From positions 384,001 through 448,000 of the forward strand of contig CBDCDZ010000004.1 in the NCBI GenBank assembly GCA_965215565.1: a stretch of DNA of 64,000 nt. Reading direction: 5' to 3'. Shown here piece after piece: positions 1 to 9,622 of the stretch (positions are counted from its first letter, which is position 1; every line of letters begins with the position of its first letter). The notes below the pieces were generated by a model, which did not search any database, had not been told where the DNA came from, and worked only from the letters and a program-made list of their open reading frames with translations. The stretch comes from Trueperaceae bacterium. GTDB lineage: Bacteria; Deinococcota; Deinococci; Deinococcales; Trueperaceae. The translations under genes and the position numbers were made by a program.

Positions 1-1
1 G

Positions 2-169
2 CGCGAGGGGCAAGCGGTTACTACTGACACCTTGCTCGGTTACGTCGGCGCGAGCGGCAACGCCAAGAACACACCGCCGCATCTGCACCTGGGCGTCTCG
101 AGCGGCAATCCTCTAACGTGTGAGCGGGTTGTCTACGACCCTCTACCTAAACTCGTGGACCGGGAGTAG
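2..169 (+). CDS. M23 family metallopeptidase, 3' end (runs off window)
   Basis: Frame 2 reads ...LLGYVGASGNAKNTPPHLHLGV...DPLP*, the typical M23 HxH C-terminal motif; TAG at 167-169. Confidence 0.8.
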   Translation, partial: REGQAVTTDTLLGYVGASGNAKNTPPHLHLGVSSGNPLTCERVVYDPLPKLVDRE

Positions 170-200
170 GTCTGGCATTGTTTATTCCTTCGGCCTTAAC

Positions 201-234
201 GTTGTGCGTGTGATGCGCGCATCTCGTGCACAAC
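201..234. repeat. 34-bp quasi-palindromic site, copy 1
   Basis: GTTGTGCGTGTGAT-GCGCGC-ATCTCGTGCACAAC. Confidence 0.85.
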
Positions 235-281
235 GTCGGTGCGTTCAAGGTATACAGCACCTTCAACGGCGGCTTACAACT

Positions 282-545
282 TTAACGAAGTCTCAAAAGC
301 TCTCGCACGCGCTGGTGCGGCAGGGCGTGCGCAGTCCGCCCCTCCGCACCCATGGTGGTCTTGGCAGCTACGAGAGCGTTGACGATCGCCTCCTCGACCC
401 CTTGCACAGTCCCTTCGAACAGCGGCGTCATCAGGCCGCTACTCAGCATCCCGAGCGCCGTTACACCCGAGCGCCTCGCCGCGCCGGAGTTCGCGGTTGA
501 GAACGCCAAGAAGATATCGCCAGAGGTGTGGGCGCCGTAGCTGCG
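282..545 (-). pseudogene. C-terminal fragment of DmpA/P1 (S58) peptidase
   Basis: SGDIFLAFSTAN and PLFEGTVQGVEEAIVNAL motifs; N-terminal part absent. Confidence 0.75.
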
Positions 546-598
546 GAAGAGTTGCGAGCGCCTGACGCACAAGGTTAGCTTTGAGAACCTCAGAAGGT

Positions 599-1297
599 CT
601 AGCGCCGCCCTGTCGGGTCCATCGGTGGCTCTTCAGAAAGAGGGCGCATAATATCCGCAAGGTCGTCACGGTCTTTGTAGACGGTGCCGTGTAGCGGACA
701 AACCGTGCGGAGCGGCTTGTCGAAAACACGCCACTGCTCCGCTAAGCGTTCAGTCATCGCTTCAGTCGGTCCCGGTGAACGCTCCAAGCGCAGCGGCTCC
801 TGGTCTTGGCGCGGCCCTGGTCCCACCGCGCAGTCGCCTGCTAAGAGAACGCCGCCGTGCGCAGACCAGTAGAGTATCACGGAGCCCGCAGTGTGTCCGG
901 GAAAGTGGATAGGCTCGAGCCCCGCCTCTTCAAGCACCTCATCCGTCACGGGGTCATCGAACTCAACGCCCGCCTGTTTTGCCTCTGGGTGAGATGCGTC
1001 GGCTGGGTGGAGCAGGATGAGTACGCCGTAGGTCTCTCGCAGCGCCCCGTACGCGTCACCTTGCCCAGCGACGTTGCGGTGCGAGAGGACGAGAACTTTA
1101 GGTGGGTAGCCCTCCTCCGCCAGCTTGTGTATGCCGCCGAGCGTCCAGTTGTAAGGTGCATCGAAGAGAACGGAGTAACCCTCAAAGAGCACGGCGAACG
1201 AATTCGGCGGGCGTCCGCTGCCGGTTGTCGCGCCCGCTTGAGGTAGGAGTACGAGGTCGTCGTAGAGATACTGGGCTTTAGGGGAGAAGAAATCCAT
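599..1297 (-). CDS. MBL-fold metallo-hydrolase (degenerate metal motif)
   Basis: LVLSHRN, HPAD, PGHTAGS, LLAGD and PLHG motifs. Confidence 0.7.
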   Translation of the reverse strand: MDFFSPKAQYLYDDLVLLPQAGATTGSGRPPNSFAVLFEGYSVLFDAPYNWTLGGIHKLAEEGYPPKVLVLSHRNVAGQGDAYGALRETYGVLILLHPADASHPEAKQAGVEFDDPVTDEVLEEAGLEPIHFPGHTAGSVILYWSAHGGVLLAGDCAVGPGPRQDQEPLRLERSPGPTEAMTERLAEQWRVFDKPLRTVCPLHGTVYKDRDDLADIMRPLSEEPPMDPTGRR

Positions 1298-1322
1298 GCA
1301 GGTCCTCCGAATTCGAGCTTAG

Positions 1323-1520
1323 CTAAGTGGTACCAAGAATATCACGCAAGCTCTTGCCCGCCTTCTCGCCAGCTTCCTCGGCACTTAACTCGTCAAAGGC
1401 GTCGGTGAAGACCTCCACCCCGACCGAATTGAGCCCGCCCGTTTGTGACAGGATGCGCACCACGGTTTTAAGGTCGAAGTCGCCCTCGCCCGGCGCTTTG
1501 CGGAAGTGCAAGAGGTCGTA
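1323..1520 (-). pseudogene. C-terminal fragment of sugar-phosphate isomerase/epimerase (TIM barrel)
   Basis: RKAPGEGDFDL and VGVEVF motifs without an N-terminus. Confidence 0.6.
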
Positions 1521-1866
1521 GGGGTGCGTTAGACTTCCTATCCCTGCGTGATCAAGGCGACAATGCAACCCGGCTCAACCGGTCGCCGTGGGCGTGGCTA
1601 GCCCACCCGGTAGCTCTCTCAACATAGGCTTTACTTCCCCCCGTGATAATACGAAAGCAAACTAGGCCGAACCGAAGACAGTTTTTCTGCTTCTGCCGCT
1701 GATTGTCGGAGTACTGCACGAATATTAATTTTCTTACAGTTCGCTTACTCTCCCGTAAATATGGCAGGCTTAGAACGCCGCGATCGTTGAGATTTGGAAA
1801 ATCGCTGTGCCGCTGTTTTGCGTGCCGGTCGCGTAAAATCTCGAGTTCGAATTTGAGTTTCAGCGT

Positions 1867-1887
1867 GGTGACCTTTTTAAGGTCACC
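1867..1887. promoter_or_regulatory. Inverted repeat upstream of nuclease gene, possible operator
   Basis: GGTGACCTT-TTT-AAGGTCACC. Confidence 0.3.
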
Positions 1888-2017
1888 CGACTCGGGAAGA
1901 AGTGCTAGGCGAAGATCCGCGTCGTTTCCATGACGGTCTACTGAAAGTGTACGATTAGAGTTGTAGCCGTATCCACAGTGACAGCGTGGGGGACTCTACA
2001 AGGTGGAGGTTTCAAAG

Positions 2018-5000
2018 GTGAAACGTGTACAAATTGTGCTGGCTGCCCTCTTCATAGGGCTGCTGGCAGCTTGTGAGAGGGACGTAGCTTCGGAGGTGCC
2101 ACTCTCGGACCTCGCGGCGAGCGACCTCTTCTTCTCCGAATATGTCGAGGGCAGCAGCTCCAACAAAGCGCTGGAGGTCTATAACGGCACCGGCGTGCCG
2201 GTCGACCTCTCGAGCTACTCGGTCGAGATTTACTTCAACGGCAACAGCTCTGCCGGTACGACTATCGACCTGATCGGCGTGGTCGCCGATGGCGACGTAT
2301 TCGTGCTCGCCGACGACGGCGCTGACCCGGCGATCCTGGCTGAAACTGATCAGACCAGTACAAGCAACTTCTTCAACGGCGACGACGCTATCGTGCTCCG
2401 CAACGACGGCGAGGTCGTCGACGCCTTCGGCCGAGTCGGTACCGACCCCGGTTTGCAGTTCGGCAGCGGCGATACCGGCTCTCAGAACAACACGCTGCGC
2501 CGCGCTGCGGACACCATGTCGGGTGACACCGACCCGAACGACGCCTTCGACCCGGCTACCGAGTACGAGGGTTTCGGACAAGACAACTTCGGTGACTTGG
2601 GCATGTTTGATGGTAGCGACCCAGCCCCGTCGATCGTCATCAACGAGGTGGACGCCGACACGCCGGGCTCCGACAGCGCCGAGTTCGTCGAGCTGTACGA
2701 TGGCGGCGCAGGCAGCACCCCGCTTGACGGGCTCGTGGTGGTGTTCTTCAACGGTTCGGACGACGCGTCCTACGAGGCGTTCGACCTAGACGGCCAGACC
2801 ACGGATGAGAACGGTTTCTTCGTCCTCGGTAACCCGGACGTAGCCAACGTCGACCTGGTTTTTGACCCCGGCAACTCTGGGGCGTTGCAAAATGGGGCGG
2901 ACGCGGGGGCGCTCTACCAAGGCGACGCGTCTGACTTCCCCAACGACACGCCGGTCACGACTGACAACCTCGTGGACGCCATCGTGTACGACACCGACGA
3001 CGGCGGCGACAGCGGTTTGCTGGACGGTCTCGGCGAAACCACTCAGTTCAACGAAGATGCGAATAATGACAAGGACAACGAGTCCAACGCTCGCGTGCCA
3101 GACGGGATGGGCGAGTTCACCGCCCAGGCACCGACGCCGGGCGCATCTAATGCTGGCGACGGCGGTAACGGAGGCGGCGACGGCGGTGGTGAGATCGGCC
3201 AGTGCGGTACCGACGCGACACTCATCAGCGCGGTGCAGGGCAGCGGCGCGACCAGCCCGTTGGTCGGCCAGACTGTCGTTATCGAAGGCGTCGTGGTCGG
3301 CGACTTTCAAGCAAGTGACGATGGCATGTTCGGCGACCTGGACGGTTTCCACGTGCAGGAAGAAGTTACCGATTACGACGCGGATGAAGAAACGTCCGAG
3401 GGCGTCTTCGTCTTCACGGGCAGCAGCGACGTGCCGGACGTGCAGGTGGGCCAGACGGTGCGCGTGCGCGGGACAGTCGGCGAATTCGAGAGTTCCGGCT
3501 CCTCGCAGACGCAGATCACCGACCCTACTGTGGTCATCTGCAGTGAGGGTGTCTTGCCCCCGGTGACCGACATTACCTTGCCCGTTCCCCCACGCAACTT
3601 CCTAGAGCGTTACGAAGGCATGTACGTACGCTTCCCGCAGAGCCTCGCCATCAGCGAGTACTTCAACTTCGACCGCTTCGGCGAGATCGTCCTGGCGCGG
3701 CCCCTGCCGGGCGAGGACCGCCCCTACCAGCCGACGGCGGTGAACGAGCCCGGCTCGGAAGCGGCGGCCGAGCGAGACGAAGACAACCGCCTCGCCCGCA
3801 TCACGCTGGACGACGGGCGCAGCAATCAGAACCCCGACCCGGCGCGTCACCCTAACGGCGAGGTGTTCGACCTGGACAACCGCTTCCGCGGCGGTGACCT
3901 CGTACAGAACGCGCTGGGCGTCCTGGATAACACCTTCGGTATCTACCGCGTCCAGCCGACCCAGGGCGCGAACTACACTCGCGTCAACCCGCGCCCGGAG
4001 GAGCCCGAGGCGGTCGGCGGCTCCCTCAAAGTCGCGAGCTTCAACGTGCTCAACTACTTTAACGGCGACGGTCAGGGTGGCGGCTTCCCCACCTCACGCG
4101 GCGCGGACGACCCCGAGGAGTTCCAGCGCCAAGAGGCTAAGATCGTCGCGTCCATCGTCGGTACCGGGGCGGACGTCGTTGGCTTGATCGAAATCGAGAA
4201 CGACCCGGCGGGCGAGACCAGCGCCCTCGACGACCTGACCGAGGCGCTCAACGCGGAGGCGGGCGCGGGCACCTACGACTACATCCGTACTGGTGATATC
4301 GGCACGGACGAGATCAAAGTGGCCTTCATCTACAAGCCGGGTACGGTCACTCCGATCGGCGACCCTGCGGTGCTCACCGAGTTTGAAGGCCGCGACTTCG
4401 TCGACCCGCGCGACATCGGACCCAAGAACCGCCCGGCCTTGGCCCAGACCTTCCGCGAGGAGGCGACCGGCGGCGTACTCACGGTGGTCGTCAACCACTT
4501 TAAGTCGAAGGGCTCGAGCTGCGGTCCGGGCGACGACGACCCGGATCAGGGCAACTGTAACGGCACACGCGCCGACGCTGCCGACATCCTGGTGGACTGG
4601 CTCGCCAGCGACCCCACCGGCAGCGGCGATCCTGACGTACTCGTCATTGGCGACCTCAATGCCTACGACAAGGAAGACCCCATCGACCAGGTTAAGGAAG
4701 GTGCGGACGACGCGGACGGCACCGAGGACGATTACGCCGACCTCAACCTCGCGTTCGAGGGTGAACTGGCCTACTCCTATGTCTTTAGCGGTCAGTTCGG
4801 CTACCTCGACTATGCGTTAGCGAACCAGGCGCTCTTGGACCAGGTCACGGGCCTCACCGAGTGGCACATCAACGCCGACGAGCCGGATATCCTGGACTAT
4901 GACACTACATTCAAAAAAGACCCGCAGGACGCGCTCTTTGAACCCAACCCCTACCGCTCCTCCGATCACGATCCGGTCATCGTAGGGCTCGACCTGACCC

Positions 5001-5422
5001 CGAGCGACGCTGAGGCACCCGTCATCACCCTGAAGCGCTCAGGTCAGACCCTCTTCCCGCCCAACCATAAGTACCGGACGCTCGACCTCGCGCAGATCAT
5101 CGCCTCGGTGAGTGACAACGTGTCCGACCTCTCTGTGTCCGACGTGGTCATCACTCGCGTCACCAGCGACGAGCCGGAGAACGGCACCGGAGACGGCAAT
5201 ACAGATGACGACATCGTCCTCGAGGGCTGCCAGGTGGTGGAGCTCCGGGCCGAGCGGAGCGGGCCTGGGGACGGCCGCGTCTACACGGTCGAGATTGCGG
5301 TGCAAGACCGGGCGGGCAACGTCGGCACGGCCAGCTACCGGGTCGAGGTGCCTAAAGGACGTAAGGACGCGGCTATTGACAGCGGCACGGCCTATAGCGT
5401 CACCGGGTGCGAGCTTCCATAG
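2018..5422 (+). CDS. ExeM/NucH-family extracellular endonuclease lipoprotein (lamin-tail domains, OB fold, EEP domain, C-terminal Ig-like domain)
   Basis: Lipobox LAAC; FFSEYVEGSSSNKALE; VASFNVLNYFNG, NHFKSKG, GDLNAY, LDY and RSSDHDP motifs; GGAGG before GTG 2018. Confidence 0.9.
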   Translation: MKRVQIVLAALFIGLLAACERDVASEVPLSDLAASDLFFSEYVEGSSSNKALEVYNGTGVPVDLSSYSVEIYFNGNSSAGTTIDLIGVVADGDVFVLADDGADPAILAETDQTSTSNFFNGDDAIVLRNDGEVVDAFGRVGTDPGLQFGSGDTGSQNNTLRRAADTMSGDTDPNDAFDPATEYEGFGQDNFGDLGMFDGSDPAPSIVINEVDADTPGSDSAEFVELYDGGAGSTPLDGLVVVFFNGSDDASYEAFDLDGQTTDENGFFVLGNPDVANVDLVFDPGNSGALQNGADAGALYQGDASDFPNDTPVTTDNLVDAIVYDTDDGGDSGLLDGLGETTQFNEDANNDKDNESNARVPDGMGEFTAQAPTPGASNAGDGGNGGGDGGGEIGQCGTDATLISAVQGSGATSPLVGQTVVIEGVVVGDFQASDDGMFGDLDGFHVQEEVTDYDADEETSEGVFVFTGSSDVPDVQVGQTVRVRGTVGEFESSGSSQTQITDPTVVICSEGVLPPVTDITLPVPPRNFLERYEGMYVRFPQSLAISEYFNFDRFGEIVLARPLPGEDRPYQPTAVNEPGSEAAAERDEDNRLARITLDDGRSNQNPDPARHPNGEVFDLDNRFRGGDLVQNALGVLDNTFGIYRVQPTQGANYTRVNPRPEEPEAVGGSLKVASFNVLNYFNGDGQGGGFPTSRGADDPEEFQRQEAKIVASIVGTGADVVGLIEIENDPAGETSALDDLTEALNAEAGAGTYDYIRTGDIGTDEIKVAFIYKPGTVTPIGDPAVLTEFEGRDFVDPRDIGPKNRPALAQTFREEATGGVLTVVVNHFKSKGSSCGPGDDDPDQGNCNGTRADAADILVDWLASDPTGSGDPDVLVIGDLNAYDKEDPIDQVKEGADDADGTEDDYADLNLAFEGELAYSYVFSGQFGYLDYALANQALLDQVTGLTEWHINADEPDILDYDTTFKKDPQDALFEPNPYRSSDHDPVIVGLDLTPSDAEAPVITLKRSGQTLFPPNHKYRTLDLAQIIASVSDNVSDLSVSDVVITRVTSDEPENGTGDGNTDDDIVLEGCQVVELRAERSGPGDGRVYTVEIAVQDRAGNVGTASYRVEVPKGRKDAAIDSGTAYSVTGCELP

Positions 5423-5487
5423 GCTCTCGGGATATAGATGGAAAGGTAAGCTGAAGGCTGCTGAGCTTCAACCTAGATGCTGAACTT

Positions 5488-5520
5488 CAACCTCCCCGTC
5501 TTACCGGGGAGGTTGCTTTG
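5488..5520 (+). terminator. Probable intrinsic terminator
   Basis: CAACCTCCCCG/CGGGGAGGTTG stem followed by CTTTG. Confidence 0.55.
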
Positions 5521-5575
5521 ACGCTCGGTAGACCCACTGATGATAAGGCTAGTTAGCCTCGGCAGACCTAACTTC

Positions 5576-5609
5576 GCTGTGCGGCGAACGCGCGCAACAG
5601 CCGTAGAAG
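5576..5609. repeat. 34-bp site, copy 2 (upstream of tyrosine recombinase)
   Basis: GCTGTGCGGCGAAC-GCGCGC-AACAGCCGTAGAAG. Confidence 0.85.
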
Positions 5610-5674
5610 CCCATTACTTCCCCAAGAACGATTCAACTTAAACCTCCGTGCAGACTACAGATCGGAGGTTTTTC

Positions 5675-6565
5675 ATGGACAAACAAGAAGCATCCACTTT
5701 GGCAAGCTGCGTTCAGACGTACTTAAAAGCCCGAAAGTTGGACGGCTACAGCGATAAAACGCTCTACTCCTATAGACTGCATCTGAATCATTTAGCCGCA
5801 GATTTAGGTGATGCTACTCCTATTAGCATGGTTAAGCTCGAGCACCTCCGCACCCACCTCACCAGCCTGACGCACCTGCAAACCTCGAGCCTAGCGAACA
5901 AGGTTCGCGCCCTTAAAGCGTTTTTCAAGTGGCTTTACGAGGAAGAGGTGTTGGAGCGTAACCCCGCGTTGAAGCTGAGGGAGCCGCGCTTGCCAGCTAG
6001 AATACCCAAAGCGCTCTCAGTTGAAGAAGTGGAGCTGCTGCGTGACGCCTGCGAGAGTTTATTGGAGCACGCCCTAGTTGAGTTCTTTTTTGCGACTGGC
6101 TGCAGGGTTAGCGAAATTCATCAACTGGACCGTATCGACCTCGACTGGCTGCGCCGGAGCGTCGTGGTCCTCGGCAAGGGCAACAAGGAGCGTGAGGTGT
6201 ACTTCGGGGCGAAGGCGGCGCTGTGGCTCAAGCGCTACTTGGACAACCGCTCAGACAACACTTTAGCACTGTTCGTCACGAAGCGACGGAGACGTCAGCA
6301 TAGCGGGACTTTAGAACATCAGCGCCTGAGCACCTCGCAAATGCAGCGCATCTTTAAGCGGGTCGCTAAGCGGTGCGAGTTGGAGGAGAAAGTGACGCCG
6401 CACGTGTTGCGCCATACACTCGCCACGCTGCTTCTCAATCAAGGTGCGCCCATCGCTGCCGTGCAATCCATTCTCGGGCACGCCTCACCCACGACTACGC
6501 AGCTCTACGTCAACCTATCCGGGGAATCAAGGCAGATGCTCTATAGGAGGCACTTCCCGCAATGA
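5675..6565 (+). CDS. Tyrosine recombinase, XerC/XerD-like
   Basis: N-terminal SAM-like domain; TGCRVSE, GKGNKER, HVLRHTLAT, ILGHAS and TTQLY give the R-K-H-R-H-Y set; GGAGG before ATG 5675. Confidence 0.92.
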   Translation: MDKQEASTLASCVQTYLKARKLDGYSDKTLYSYRLHLNHLAADLGDATPISMVKLEHLRTHLTSLTHLQTSSLANKVRALKAFFKWLYEEEVLERNPALKLREPRLPARIPKALSVEEVELLRDACESLLEHALVEFFFATGCRVSEIHQLDRIDLDWLRRSVVVLGKGNKEREVYFGAKAALWLKRYLDNRSDNTLALFVTKRRRRQHSGTLEHQRLSTSQMQRIFKRVAKRCELEEKVTPHVLRHTLATLLLNQGAPIAAVQSILGHASPTTTQLYVNLSGESRQMLYRRHFPQ

Positions 6566-6626
6566 ACCGCCGCACCTCAGCAAGCACGGGTTTTTGCGCT
6601 ACAATGTTATGTAACTAGGAGTATTC

Positions 6627-6896
6627 ATGGACGCAGCCGCGCTACCCCACCTACCTAAGCTTACAGAGTTGCCGATAAGTCTGCCCACTGACGGTGCGAT
6701 CAATATCGAGATTGTTCAAGGTGTACCTACCTTTCGAGCTTCAACTGCCGTGGTGGGTAGGATCGAGCAGCTCCTCAAGAAAGAGCAAGAAAAGGGGTTG
6801 AGCGTCTCTGAAGCGGATGAACTGGCTCAGTATGAAGAGGTCGATGACTACCTCAGCCATCTGAACCGCGTCGTTTGTAATTTGCAGAGCGCTTAG
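6627..6896 (+). CDS. Small hypothetical protein, putative partner/antitoxin of the downstream HNH gene
   Basis: AGGAG RBS; RIEQLLKKEQEKGLSVSEADEL helical motif of a type often seen before HNH genes. Confidence 0.65.
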   Translation: MDAAALPHLPKLTELPISLPTDGAINIEIVQGVPTFRASTAVVGRIEQLLKKEQEKGLSVSEADELAQYEEVDDYLSHLNRVVCNLQSA

Positions 6897-6903
6897 CGCG
6901 GGA

Positions 6904-7469
6904 GTGGCGCGACCTAAAGTACCCATCGCTCTAAGAACCGAAGTCAGAGAGCGCGCAAAGTCATTATGCGAGTACTGCCACACCGACGAGACGTGGCAGT
7001 ACGTTCCTTTTACTATCGACCACGTTGTTCCGGTCAGTCTAGGTGGTTCTATAGCAGGAGAGAACCTTGCACTTGCCTGTTTCCACTGCAATCGGTACAA
7101 GGGCGATGCGACTCAGGCTACTGACTCTTCTACGGGTCAAACCGCGCAACTATAGCAGGTATCATCTGGTTTGAGCCAATCTCACACGATAGAACAACGG
7201 CTAGCACGCACATTGTCGGATGATATCTGCGCTATTTCAGTCCAATACTTTTGATAACCGCTATATTTAACCCGAGAACGCAGCGCTGGGCAGAGCACTT
7301 CATCTGGTCGAGCGACAAGCTACGAATCGTTGCGTTGACAGCTACAGGTAGAGCGACATTGCGTGCCTTGAATCTCAACCGTGAGCGGGTACTGCGCATA
7401 CGCGAAGCGGATGTCGCTGTTGGACAGCATCCACCTCATGACGACCCGGTACAGAGTAAAGAGGTTTAG
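6904..7469 (+). pseudogene. HNH endonuclease interrupted by a MITE
   Basis: CEYC, IDHVVP, NLALACFHCN, then FNPRTQRWAEHF; removing 7153-7265 restores the frame (TAQL-FNPR). Confidence 0.88.
7151..7265. mobile_element. MITE with TA duplication
   Basis: Ends TATAGCAGGTATC / GATAACCGCTATA; homolog at 63090-63283. Confidence 0.85.
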
Positions 7470-7471
7470 GT

Positions 7472-7505
7472 GCTATGCGCGTGATGTGCGCGTTAAGCGC
7501 AGAAG
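7472..7505. repeat. 34-bp site, copy 3
   Basis: GCTATGCGCGTGAT-GTGCGC-GTTAAGCGCAGAAG. Confidence 0.8.
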
Positions 7506-7532
7506 CCGTTGGTCAGCTTTCGCTGATAGGTT

Positions 7533-7970
7533 CTAGGCTCCGTCTTTACTCTCCAGCCCCTTATAACATTTTGTTAGCAGCGCACACGCTTGCTCGATCT
7601 CCACTTGTGTCAGCTCCCGCGTCATCCGCTTTTCAACCTCAGCTACCAAACTGTGAGCATGTTCCAAGAGCGCTTGCCCCTCAGCAGTCGGTTTCACCCG
7701 CTGAATACGTCCATGCTCGGGGTGCGGCGAGCGCTCTAGCAGCGCGCCACGCTCAAGCCCGATCACGATCTGGTACATAGTCTGAGGTGTTACGAAACAG
7801 CGGCGAGCAAGTTCGGCATTTGAGAGCCCCTGCTCCTTCACCAGCTCGCCCAACGCGGCGTACTGCGGGGTCGTAAGGTCTAGTGTCGCGAGCGCTGCAT
7901 CCATGTTGCTGCGCAGCGCCGACTGAGCGCGCTTGAGGAGATAGCCGAGAGGATCAGAGGTCAGGTTCAT
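7533..7970 (-). CDS. MarR family transcriptional regulator
   Basis: LTTPQYAAL, SNAELARRCFVTPQT, LERGALLERSPHPEHGR. Confidence 0.9.
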   Translation of the reverse strand: MNLTSDPLGYLLKRAQSALRSNMDAALATLDLTTPQYAALGELVKEQGLSNAELARRCFVTPQTMYQIVIGLERGALLERSPHPEHGRIQRVKPTAEGQALLEHAHSLVAEVEKRMTRELTQVEIEQACALLTKCYKGLESKDGA

Positions 7971-7982
7971 GGCTTGGCATTA

Positions 7983-8029
7983 TATCAGGGTACTGATAAT
8001 CTAGCTACAAGTTATCAGGGTACTGATAA
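7983..8029. promoter_or_regulatory. Two identical palindromic operators (likely MarR)
   Basis: TATCAG-GGTA-CTGATA at 7983 and 8013 between divergent genes. Confidence 0.75.
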
Positions 8030-8043
8030 ATAGGAGGTCAAGA

Positions 8044-8418
8044 ATGAATGTAAAAACGAAGGTTGACGGTCCCGACTTCATTGCGCTACAATGGCGCGAT
8101 TTGGACCCTGGCAAACGTTTCTACCACGAGACGCTAGGGCTAGCACTCGCCCCGCAGAGCCCGCCTGGTGCAGTTGTTTTCGCTACCGAGCATATCACCT
8201 TTGCCGTGCGGACGCCGCTCGTCAATCTAGACCTCACCCCACATCGGGGTTATGGCGTGGCACTCTGGTTCAAGGTAGACGACAGCGCGAAGCTACGTGA
8301 CCATCTGGTTGACAAGGGGGTTGAGGTCACGTCGGACCTAGTAGACGGTCCCTTTGGCAAGACCTTTTCCATCCGGGACCCTGAGGGTTACCTCATCACC
8401 CTTCACGACTGTGGCTGA
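8044..8418 (+). CDS. VOC/glyoxalase family protein
   Basis: RFYHETLGL and DGPFGKTFSIRDPEGYLI. Confidence 0.88.
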   Translation: MNVKTKVDGPDFIALQWRDLDPGKRFYHETLGLALAPQSPPGAVVFATEHITFAVRTPLVNLDLTPHRGYGVALWFKVDDSAKLRDHLVDKGVEVTSDLVDGPFGKTFSIRDPEGYLITLHDCG

Positions 8419-8863
8419 GGCGCATTACTGGGTCAACACAGTGTCGCGCGATCACGTATGGGCAGGGGTCGAGGGCGGCTTCACCCAAGCGGATCACGGC
8501 AAGCGCACACGCCTCGAGCGTCTAAGAAGAGGGAACATGCTGATTTTCTACTCTCCTAGAACTGCTTTTAGGGGTGGGGAGGTGCTGCAGGCGTTTACCG
8601 CCTTGGGCGAAATCATAGACAACGAGCCCTATCAAGTCGAGATGACGTCCGACTTTCATCCCTGGCGACGTAAGGTGAGCTTCGAAGGGGTGAAAGAAGC
8701 ACCGGTACGTCCTTTACTAGAAGACCTTACCTTCGTTACTGATAAACGGAAGTGGGGCTTCCCCTTTCGGCGCGGGCTCTTCGAGATCAGCCCGCAGGAC
8801 TTCGAGCGGATCGCTAAGGCGATGGGCGCACAGGTCGAGATGCCAGCACAGCTATTCGGTTGA
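8411..8863 (+). CDS. EVE domain protein
   Basis: YWVNTVSRDHV, GFTQADHGK, FYSPRT, RRGLFEISPQDF; GTG start overlaps the VOC stop. Confidence 0.85.
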   Translation: MAEAHYWVNTVSRDHVWAGVEGGFTQADHGKRTRLERLRRGNMLIFYSPRTAFRGGEVLQAFTALGEIIDNEPYQVEMTSDFHPWRRKVSFEGVKEAPVRPLLEDLTFVTDKRKWGFPFRRGLFEISPQDFERIAKAMGAQVEMPAQLFG

Positions 8864-8872
8864 ACTATGGTG

Positions 8873-8906
8873 CTTCTGCGACTAACACGCGCGGTTGACG
8901 CATTGC
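8873..8906. repeat. 34-bp site, copy 4
   Basis: CTTCTGCGACTAAC-ACGCGC-GGTTGACGCATTGC. Confidence 0.75.
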
Positions 8907-9101
8907 GCCGTCCCCCGCCAGTTGCACAAAACGCCATCCGCAATAGCTGTCACTTTTTCAGTGTTCGAGGGGCGCAAAGGCGCAGATGAACGCATACTCT
9001 TTTCACTGCACAGCCGAATCAGGCGCTTAGGTTGGCGCGTTTAGCGCCTTTCAGTTCCCCGCCTTCGCTGCGGCGATTTCGACGATGGTGCCGCAGAAAC
9101 A

Positions 9102-9422
9102 CTACGCTCGCGCCAACGCCATGCGCTCGCTCGCAGGTTCCGCTTCAGGTATCGCCGCCCCTATTCTAGCGGGTGTACTGCTGAGCTTCACGAACCTAAC
9201 GCTTATTGCGTGGTCGAAGTGACCATGCGTGAGGATAATCGCTTCTGGTTTCTTCTCTCCGTAGCGCACTTCAGTCGCCTCGTGGAGATAGCGGCTCGAG
9301 TTAGGCGGCCCCGTGTCGACCAGTACCCAATCCCCTTGCGGCGTATCAATCAGGTAAGCATTGACGAAGACGGTAGGCACGCGCACGACGCCCGGTACGA
9401 CCATTTCTGTTTTGACGTTCAT
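9102..9422 (-). pseudogene. N-terminal fragment of MBL-fold hydrolase
   Basis: VNAYLI, VLVDTG, IILTHGHFDH, then similarity is lost near 9205. Confidence 0.75.
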
Positions 9423-9588
9423 AGTTGTTCCTCCTCGAGCTTAGGGTAGCACCTGAACGGGGGCTCTGGACCTGACGTCCCGGAATAGCCTTGAAGACCG
9501 ACCTAGTCAGAGCAAAAGCTTAGCTTGGTATAGACCGCTCATTTTGCGCCGCTCTTAGTCAAGAGCAGGGGTGGAATCGGGCGGTGGC

Positions 9589-9622
9589 GCTGTGCAGCAG
9601 ACGCGCGCGTCTCTTGCAGAGG
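9589..9622. repeat. 34-bp site, copy 5
   Basis: GCTGTGCAGCAGAC-GCGCGC-GTCTCTTGCAGAGG. Confidence 0.85.

Noticed and set aside
2012..5483. Many overlapping or antisense ORFs inside long genes (also within GSIII, Rhs, tnpA and others)
   Set aside because: Shadow ORFs expected from high-GC codon bias; no recognisable motifs.
5675..9622. Classical integron (IntI + attC)
   Set aside because: I see no IntI-specific insertion in the recombinase, sites lack RYYYAAC/GTTRRRY ends, and modules face both directions.
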